Below are positions 1 to 7,500 of a stretch of DNA of 15,182 nucleotides, one piece after another. The notes under the pieces are model-generated. The model was not told the DNA's origin and did no database searches. It saw only the letters and a program-made list of their open reading frames with translations. Source of the DNA: Candidatus Bathyarchaeia archaeon (GTDB lineage Archaea > Thermoproteota > Bathyarchaeia > Bathyarchaeales > Bathycorpusculaceae); NCBI GenBank assembly GCA_038883795.1, contig JAVZLK010000019.1, positions 1-15,182 of the forward strand, written 5' to 3'. Position 1 is the stretch's first letter. Every line of letters starts with the position of its first letter. A program made the translations under genes and the position numbers.

Positions 1-492
1 TTGGTTTATCCCATTGTATTCCTTCATGCTTTAGAAAGCGTGAATAGGCGTTTATTACATTACGTCTTCTAGCTTCAGACCATTTTTGTTGAGCAACAAC
101 CTCCTTGACCGATTCTGGATTGTATAGATCCGCTCCTCTTTCATGCAGTGTTCTCAGGGCTGAAACATGCAACCTTATTGTTTCTTCACTGTAACCTTGC
201 TTTTTAAGGAACCATGCAAACTCTAGGATTTTCCCTTTAACGTCGAAGCCTGTTTCTGTGGCTCCCGCTTCCCGCTTTTCCGTTTGCCCTTGGGCTTCCA
301 CCAAAAGCCTAGCCGCCTTTTGGTGTGCATCACATTCACCTTTTGTGTATGTGTTGATATATGGTTTTCTGGTTTCGCTAAACCGGTAACTACAGTTTCT
401 GCAAAGGTAGCGTTGAACGCTTGAGCCGTCTGCCAAATAGCGTAATCCGTCTTTATAGAGAAGCGTTGAGCCCATTGTGGGCAGCGAAGCAT
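1..492 (-). CDS. Tyrosine recombinase/integrase, N-terminal part (zinc ribbon plus core-binding region); runs off the left edge; 1-nt frameshift near 473
   Basis: Manual translation. ATG at 492 gives MLRCPQ. A second frame, open from 475 to the window edge, reads GSTLLYKDGLRYLADGSSVQRYLCRNCSYRFS...TEKREAGATETGFDVKGKILEFAWFLKKQGYSEETI...GADLYNPESVKEVVAQQKWSEARRRNVINAYSRFLKHEGIQWDKP. I recognise this as the N-terminal region of Bathyarchaeia-type integrases (from recall, not a search). The catalytic residues would lie outside the window. Confidence 0.85.
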
Positions 493-498
493 TAGCCC

Positions 499-840
499 TT
501 ATGCCTCGCGCTTCTTCCTTCCCACGGTGGAGCCATTTTTAAAGGTCCAGTAAAACCAGCCATCTCTAGTAAGCTTGCCATTATGCTGAGCTAAATCCTT
601 CAACAAAGCCTTAAACTCTGGATTGTTTATATCCTCAGACCTTTCAAACTCTCCTTTGACGCCTTGAGCCTTCTCCCATTTTATTTTGTCCGGGTTCCAT
701 GAAAATTTCGGTTCAGCCTTGTCTTCACTAACGCCTACAAGCTTCGCAATTTGCTGTTTCATTTTAACAACTGAAGCCTTTAGCGAGTCTAGGAAATCAT
801 AGAAATCCTCGAGGAAAATTTCAAAATCTTCAATATTCAA
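499..840 (-). CDS. Hypothetical protein (113 aa), mobile-element backbone; N-terminal coiled-coil-like helix, Trp/aromatic-rich C-terminal domain
   Basis: TTG start with GAGGCG upstream; overlaps the upstream gene by 11 nt and ends 6 nt before the integrase ATG; protein-like composition. Confidence 0.8.
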   Translation of the reverse strand: MNIEDFEIFLEDFYDFLDSLKASVVKMKQQIAKLVGVSEDKAEPKFSWNPDKIKWEKAQGVKGEFERSEDINNPEFKALLKDLAQHNGKLTRDGWFYWTFKNGSTVGRKKREA

Positions 841-946
841 TGCAGTTCGCCTCGCCTACATGTTGACTTCCGCAATAAGGGCAAGGACTCAAACCAGCAG
901 CTTGGAAGACTCTTCCACAAGCATTACACACATAAAGCCTCAACAT
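830..946 (-). CDS. Small zinc-ribbon protein (38 aa), not in the ORF track
   Basis: MLRLYVCNACGRVFQAAGLSPCPYCGSQHVGEANCIEY*; CxxCG...CPxCGS motif; strong RBS GAGGTGA just upstream of the ATG at 946; stop overlaps the start of the next gene. Confidence 0.85.
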   Translation of the reverse strand: MLRLYVCNACGRVFQAAGLSPCPYCGSQHVGEANCIEY

Positions 947-1012
947 TTTCACCTCTACTTCATGGCTGTAAAATAGAAAAATTGGGATGTTGAAGCTGCT
1001 ACTTCTAACATT

Positions 1013-1300
1013 TCAGTAGGCCTCGTTAATCCATCCTATAGGCTCTTTCAGCAGGCTTTGAGGAACTTTCAAGTGGATTTTGCTGTTGCTATCTTTGTAG
1101 CCGTGTTTCTTAACGCTTTCAAGGGCCTCTTTACCGATAACGCCTAGACGATAACGTTTGCCTTGGTATTCGACCTCGAAAATTAAGGCGTCTAACGTTC
1201 TGGATTCTTTAGGCGGACTTAGCAGCAGGCAGTCGACAAGCGCTAAGCCTAAATCTTCGTCTGACAATCCTTGTTTAGGCGTCTCCTCTTTCTTCTCCAT
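1013..1300 (-). CDS. Hypothetical protein (95 aa)
   Basis: Start revised from 1441 to the ATG at 1300 (MEKKEETPKQ...), which is preceded by RBS GGGTGA and lies 13 nt after the ParB-like stop. Confidence 0.8.
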   Translation of the reverse strand: MEKKEETPKQGLSDEDLGLALVDCLLLSPPKESRTLDALIFEVEYQGKRYRLGVIGKEALESVKKHGYKDSNSKIHLKVPQSLLKEPIGWINEAY

Positions 1301-1313
1301 AAAATCACCCTTT

Positions 1314-2204
1314 TCAAGGCTGGAAAGACTCGTTTCGAGTCTCCCTTTCAGCCTCACCTTTAATGAGCAACAAAACCTTGTCGTACTCTTCAGCGTGGAC
1401 TTTAATCCATTTAACGTCCAGCCTTGAGAGGATTTTGCCACAATAATCGCAAGTCATATACTCCGTCTTTCTAGATTCTTCAGGCTTCAAATCGTCCGGG
1501 CCTAAAGGTTTGAAGCGCTTACCCTCTTCCAAAGCCCGTTTAAGGTTTGTTGTTATGCCTAAATCCTCATCCGTTAAGGGCTGTCTTGTTTCTTCGAATT
1601 CTTGTTTGACGGTCAAACTTTCAGCTTTGTGTATTGTTTCTTGCGATTCTTGTTTCCCCGGGAAACTTTGCACCTCTTCAGGAGACTTGCATGAAACTTC
1701 ATTGTAGGCCTCTTTATATGAGATTAGCCCGGCCTTCAATTTTTCCAATACAGGCTTATTTTGTGCTATGCTCAAAAGTTTACTAACATAGCCCTTTGAT
1801 AGCCTTAAACTTTCAGCTATCTCTTCAACCTTCATGTCCTTCCGAAGGTTTAATAGAAACTCGGCTAACTCTCCAACGTTAACTTTGCCTCTTAGAACGT
1901 TTAGTTTGGCGCTATGGAGGATAGCGTCCTGTTTTGAGCCTTTTACAACATAGGCTTGAATCATGGTTTTGCCTTGACTTTTAAGGGCTTCAAGCCTGTT
2001 CTGGCCGTCTGCAAGCCAATAAACGCCACTTTTATCCTCACAAACATGGATGGGCTGAATGACGCCATTAGCCCTAACACTCTCATTGAAGTCGTCCTGA
2101 TCGTCGAAGTGGCTTCTTAATCGCCCTTCCGGTATCCTGACGTCTTCAACTTTTAGCCAACACAGCCTCGGCATTTTACTTGGCATGGCAGCGTTATTTG
2201 TCAT
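1314..2204 (-). CDS. ParB/Spo0J-like protein (ParB/Srx N-domain, HTH, C-terminal CxxC segment)
   Basis: SVRANGVIQPIHV and LADGQNRLEAL (GxxR box), LNVLRG, HTH-like VEEIAESLRLSKGYVSKLL, C-terminal CDYCGK; RBS GAGGTGG. Confidence 0.9.
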   Translation of the reverse strand: MTNNAAMPSKMPRLCWLKVEDVRIPEGRLRSHFDDQDDFNESVRANGVIQPIHVCEDKSGVYWLADGQNRLEALKSQGKTMIQAYVVKGSKQDAILHSAKLNVLRGKVNVGELAEFLLNLRKDMKVEEIAESLRLSKGYVSKLLSIAQNKPVLEKLKAGLISYKEAYNEVSCKSPEEVQSFPGKQESQETIHKAESLTVKQEFEETRQPLTDEDLGITTNLKRALEEGKRFKPLGPDDLKPEESRKTEYMTCDYCGKILSRLDVKWIKVHAEEYDKVLLLIKGEAERETRNESFQP

Positions 2205-2382
2205 GGTTTCTGGCCACCTCTTTTAGTTTGGCTGTGAAGACGCTTCGCTTGTCCAAATCTTCAATGACAAGGCGTCTAACATACTCGCTTATGGTTAGGC
2301 CTTGGCTTCTAGCAAGCGCTTCAACAAGCTTTCTTATGTGAGCATCAACCTTCGTCCACAACATACACGACTTTTGACTCAC
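2194..2382 (-). CDS. Ribbon-helix-helix (CopG-like) DNA-binding protein (62 aa)
   Basis: MLWTKVD (beta strand)-AHIRKLVEALARSQG-LTISEYVRRLVIEDL fits the RHH pattern; start revised to the GTG at 2382 with RBS GGAGGCG. Confidence 0.85.
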   Translation of the reverse strand: MSQKSCMLWTKVDAHIRKLVEALARSQGLTISEYVRRLVIEDLDKRSVFTAKLKEVARNHDK

Positions 2383-2455
2383 GTTTAAATCGCCTCCAAC
2401 CCTTAGCAAAACTTATATAGGCTCTACGTTTAAATAGATTACTGGGTTACCCAGT
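2381..2455. promoter_or_regulatory. Divergent promoter/operator region
   Basis: Plus-strand TTATATA at 2413-2419 with A-rich BRE-like upstream; TTTAAATA at 2429-2436 usable on the minus strand; direct repeat ACGTTTAAAT at 2381 and 2426; perfect 7-1-7 palindrome ACTGGGT-T-ACCCAGT at 2441-2455. Confidence 0.7.
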
Positions 2456-3059
2456 GTACCAGTCTAACCTAGACGACATTTCAAAGGCAATTCTTAGGGC
2501 GGTTCAGGAAAGCGAAGAGTTAGGGTTTAATGAACTTTGCAGAAAATTGAAGGGAACAGCCTCCAAACACACCATTAGAAAGAGGCTGAGCGATCTGATT
2601 AGGAAGGGGTATGTGGAGGAGAAAAAAGGTAGGAGAGGACAAAGGGCAGTTCTTAAAGCCACAGCCACTCTTAGGGCGAGAGAAGGCTTCACCTCAAAAA
2701 TCAACCACCTTTCCAGTTTAGTTGAAAAGCTGGTTAAAGGGAAGAAGGAATTTGGAGAACTTTGGAATTTAAGAGATAATGTTGATTTAGCCTTTGAAAT
2801 GCTGGAGTTTGAGATTTTAAAGGCCGATCTTCCAAGAAACGCCAAGAAAGATCTGGTCTTCGACCTCATTGAAACCCGAGAGAAGGCAAGAAAACTCATT
2901 TCCGCCACTTTAATCAAACTGAAAACTTCAGAGATTGAAAAAGTAGAAAAAGAATTGGTGGAAGCTGCCGCACGCGTTGGGCTTTCCATTAGACAAACTT
3001 ATGAAGAGGTTGTTGAGCAGCTTGAAAACTTGTTGAAGGAAAGCTCACCCACCCATTGA
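2454..3059 (+). CDS. Winged helix-turn-helix transcriptional regulator (201 aa) with helical C-terminal domain
   Basis: LDDISKAILRAV...LGFNELCRKL...SKHTIRKRLSDLIRKGYVEEKKG is a typical archaeal wHTH; divergent from the RHH gene; GTG start, apparently leaderless or short leader. Confidence 0.85.
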   Translation: MYQSNLDDISKAILRAVQESEELGFNELCRKLKGTASKHTIRKRLSDLIRKGYVEEKKGRRGQRAVLKATATLRAREGFTSKINHLSSLVEKLVKGKKEFGELWNLRDNVDLAFEMLEFEILKADLPRNAKKDLVFDLIETREKARKLISATLIKLKTSEIEKVEKELVEAAARVGLSIRQTYEEVVEQLENLLKESSPTH

Positions 3060-3566
3060 GGGACATGCTACCGAAAGGCCTAAGCCCCTTCTCATTCCAA
3101 GAATGAACAAAAGGTCTTCTAGAATACTGTGTACTTTACGAAATTCAGAGCTTGTAAAACGCCTCGTAAAGCTGCAAGTTTTGAATATATTTTGTCGTTG
3201 TTCGCAAAATCTCAAAATACGCCTGTAGTGCTTGCTTGTTCTTGAACCATTAGTCGCAATGGAAGCATTTATGCATGACTCACACCTAATAGGCATTTAT
3301 CAGCGTACATGCTTGCATGCTATGCCTATTCCTGAATGCTTGCTCCAGCCTATAGGGGTGGGGGTTCCATTCCAAGAATCGAATGGCGATAACGTAGCTT
3401 GTAACGGATACGATGACGCATTCGTCAACGCATGACTGCTTGCATATCCGTGTTGTATGCGAAAACACACTCGATAACGGAGGCCGATGCTGACCGCCGT
3501 TAAAATCCATAATCCCCATAAGGAGTGGTGGGGGCCCCACTAAAACTTTGAAATTTTGGCTTATTA

Positions 3567-3812
3567 CTAACGTTGTCCTTGGCTGGCTTCTACCGGTTTT
3601 TCTTCAGCCTGTTCAACGAGCTGCCTTAACTTTTCCTTAACGGCTCCCTTATCAGCCTCAGAAAGCCCATTCAGCAGCTCAAAGCCCCTACCCTCAATTA
3701 AGATCTTGCGCAGGACAGCCTCACACCTCGCTTTACAATCGCCCACAACAGTCTCACACGCATCCTTAGCCATTTCCTCAGCCATTAAGCCAGCAATCTC
3801 CTCTTCACTCAC
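3567..3812 (-). CDS. Hypothetical protein (81 aa), acidic/helical
   Basis: GTG start with RBS GAGGTGG upstream; triple stop TAG TAA TAA. Confidence 0.7.
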   Translation of the reverse strand: MSEEEIAGLMAEEMAKDACETVVGDCKARCEAVLRKILIEGRGFELLNGLSEADKGAVKEKLRQLVEQAEEKPVEASQGQR

Positions 3813-3888
3813 CTATAAACCACCTCAACAAAAACTATTTCAGACAAGAAACTTAAATTTTGCGCCTTTTTTCTAAAAACAAGCGAAA

Positions 3889-4029
3889 TTTTCGGTTAAA
3901 AACTGATAAACGAAGCGAAAGAATACTATTCTTTCCCCCAAACTCAAAGCTTTTTGCGCGCGCAAACGCCGACGATAATGAAGCAACAATAGTATTGTTG
4001 CGCCTCGCTTAATAGGCGTTAACCGAAAA
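3889..4029. repeat. 141-bp dyad-symmetric site: imperfect 42-bp inverted arms around a perfect 14-bp palindrome
   Basis: Arms 3889-3930 and 3988-4029 match at 33/42 positions by manual alignment, including TTTTCGGTTAA and AATACTATT exactly; central TTTGCGCGCGCAAA at 3953-3966. Confidence 0.85.
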
Positions 4030-4518
4030 CAACCAAAAACAAAACAAAAACGCGAAAAAGCCCAAAATAAAGCATTTTCGGTTAGACGTTACTAACAGAA
4101 CATTCTTGGAAATAGAAAATTCGGTGTTTTACCATCAGTCATAGCAATCTAGGCAAAATAGTGATGGAAGAGTTAGGCATAAAACCTTTAGAGCTTGGAA
4201 AAATTAAATTGAAGAAAAAGGAGAGAACGAAAGCTGTGAACACAATCTAAAGGATTCGGAAGCAAAATAGTTACAGCAAATGAACTTATTTCATACTAAA
4301 TTCTGGAGGGGACATAATTAGGGAACTTAAAAACGGCAAAATCGTCATAAGACGAAAAATAGGCAGTAAAGCCATCTGATCTTAAGAAGCAAGTAACTGC
4401 TGACAGATGTTATTTAAATGTTGAATAGAACTCTCTTCTAGAACTTGGTATAAAAAATTTTAAAAATTGAACCAACGGAAAAATTAAAAATTGCCAAAAA
4501 AGGAAAGGAGAAAGGAAA

Positions 4519-7500
4519 ATGAAGAAAATAAAATCGGCTATCTTGGTTGTACTTATTCTGCTGTCGTCATCCATGGTCTCACCATCGATTTTCTTCCTAG
4601 TTCGTGCGGATTCAACCTCTCCTGCTGTGCTTGAATTTAATGCGTTTGACGATTTGGAAATTCTGGAAGGTGAGGATACGATTTTAATAATTCTGAAGCA
4701 TAATATTGTCATACCTACATCGCCACTTGCAGAGATTTACAGAAAGGCTTTGGATGTTACTAACGATATTGGTGAAGAAGAGATTCCCATACCGGTTCGT
4801 AAGCAATTCTACGAAGCATTATATCAAGAATATGATTTTTCTTTAGGACTTGACACATTGATAATGAACTCCAGCATAGTGCCAAGGGGTAATTTTAATG
4901 AGTGCAGAATTTACGTAGATGCTGTAGCCTTTCCAAGAGTTTTAACCACCATGCCAGGTAGTACAGGTGATTCATGGTCTATTAGATTTGGACCAACTAA
5001 TCCTACAAGATTTGCAGAGTATATATTCACACAGGTAACTTTTCTAAAAATGTTGTTACAGCGATTGCCTGATGAACAAGTATATCGTAGTTTTTGGTCG
5101 ATCAGAATCATCATTCCAGAGGATGCTACACTACTAAACTCCGATGAAATCTCGGGTCTAAATTGGCTGGTAGATCTCGGAGGAGGTAACAGCTTAATGG
5201 CATCATTATTCGTTGAAAAATCATCAATAATATTAAACGAAACACTAACTGTTACTGAGAAGGACATAACGATGCCGATCACGGATGTATGTGATGCATT
5301 TCAAGGGTATAAGAGTTTTCTAATAGAATATTCTTTGTCTGAAACTGAAGAGAATGAAATTGACGAAAACGTTGCGGATCAACAACTCTTATTTTCCGCT
5401 GCCGATATAAGTAGCGCTAGCGTTTCAACCACTAAACATGCAACCGCTGATTCCACTTATGATGGTGACTTTAGCTGGTCTTACACTTGGAGCATTATTA
5501 ATGAAGATATCTCGGGTTCCATCCTAATACCTTTCGAAGTTCCTCCAGGTTCATATGCAAAGTATAACGGCCACCTAGAGCTTAGTGCTACCTTTTATAT
5601 CAGCTGGGAACCTACACTTCCTATTTTCGGACTAAAATCCTTTAAATCATCAATAAGAACTGACGCTAAGCTTGAACTCGATGTCGAAGCATGCATAAAA
5701 GCGGAATACTCTAATGAAGAAGAACCATGGACTCTGCCTCTCTTTGAGTACTCTTATCCTGTCACTTTCTTTATTGGGCCAGTTCCGGTGGAGGTTTCGC
5801 TGGAATTTAGCGTTGAAGCAAGACTTTCAGTCAATTTTGAGGCGGAAATGACGATAACAGCTGGATATCGTGCCACAGGTTGGCTTGAATCAGGAGTGAG
5901 ATACAATCTGAACACAATGCAATTAGAAGGATTTAGCGATCGTAGCATGAGTAGTGAATTTATTCCTCCAGCTGGCGAAGTTAGCGTATCGATCGAAATT
6001 AGACCGAGCCTTGCTTTTGATATTTGGGCCAAATTTTATGAAGTGGCAGGTCCTCATGTTGAATTTGAGCTATATTTGTCGATATCCGCATCATTGACTC
6101 AAAGCAGTACATTTGAACTTAATGTTGTCATTGGATTGCAGATTTCAGTTGGCTTTCGTTTTGACGATAATCTAAAGAAGTTGCTGAAATTGGAGGATTA
6201 CGGTCCGAAAACTATAGCAGATATTGTCCTTTTGGAATACGTCTGGAGAACCCATCATGATGTTGCCATTACTAATGTTATGATTTCAAAAACAAATATC
6301 TATCGAGGTGACATTGTTGATATTTCAGTAACCGTAAAGAATATGGGTTACACGATTGAGCATGATGCAGTAAGCTTTGATGTGAAGGTTCAATATGATG
6401 ACTCTGAAATTGGCACGCAATCCGTTTCCAATTTAGCGGAAAGTTCAGAAACTACAGTTGTCTTTACATGGGACACATCAACCGCCCCAACAGGAGAGCT
6501 CACGATTAAAGCAGAATTACTAAACATCAATCCTGCTGAAGAGGTTGATGAAAATGATTATGCAAAGAACAACATATTCGAGACGAAAGTTGAGATATCA
6601 CCCGTAGATTTCTACATTACCTATGCTCCAGAAACTACATGGTACAAGCCTGGAGAAACTACAAAGACTATAGTGGAGGTAAAGAACTTACGCCCAGTTA
6701 GAACAACTTTCTGGTTAGGAGTAAGCTTCAAAGATCCTACCGGAGAATTTGAAAAATATGATCCACAGATATCTAAGGTACCAGAATCAGCTTCACTTGA
6801 GCCAGGTGAAACTGCCACTTTCACAGTTACATGGACCATACCGGTTGATGCACCATTTGGTTGGTATACATGTTATCAAATTGCCTTGAACTGCTGGAAA
6901 GACAACATCTTCAAAGAAAAATATGTAGATAACATTGAATGGGCTGACGTTTTCTATGTTTACAAACTTCAAATCATTTTGCCAAAAACAGAGTCACCAG
7001 CATCAGCCGGCGATCCCAACAATCCTAAGCCTATTATAGTCTCAGTCAAGTGGATTCCAACGATGCTAAGCAATCTTCTTCTCAAAAAATCAGATTTTTC
7101 AGTAAGAATCGGAAACCAATTTGCTGCGTGTGAAATTCAACCATCGGGTAGTATGTCTCTAGATGACATAGTAGCCACATTTAAAAGATTTGTTCTTGGA
7201 TTGTATGAACTGAAAGTATATCCCCCGACACAACAGAGCCAAGGGTTCTATAATCTAACAGTTACCGTAACAATGGGTGAGCTAACAGATTCAGATATGG
7301 CAACAAGCGCAGTAGAATATGTTAGTGGTCCATCCGTGGAACCGATTGAGAAAGGCTTAGCTTGGCTTCGGACAAGACAGTCCGGTGATGGTTCATGGCG
7401 TGGCAGCGTTGGTGTAACTTCTTTGGTGGCACTCGCTTTCTTGAATGCTGGTTATGATGAAACAGACCTAACTGTAAGAAAAGCAATCAACTATATTCTT

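Noticed and set aside
223-492. 89-aa ORF as an independent gene
   Set aside because: It is the out-of-frame read of the frameshifted integrase start.
1158-2989. ORFs 1158-1427(+), 1510-1707(+) and 2504-2989(-)
   Set aside because: Antisense shadows of well-supported genes; Ser/Phe/Leu-rich, no motifs.
3045-3540. ORFs 3045-3296(-), 3232-3435(+) and 3286-3540(-)
   Set aside because: Mutually overlapping, no convincing RBS or domain; cannot be fully excluded but are unsupported.
4164-4250. 28-aa Lys-rich ORF MEELGIKPLELGKIKLKKK...
   Set aside because: Short, no RBS or recognisable motif; at most a gene remnant.
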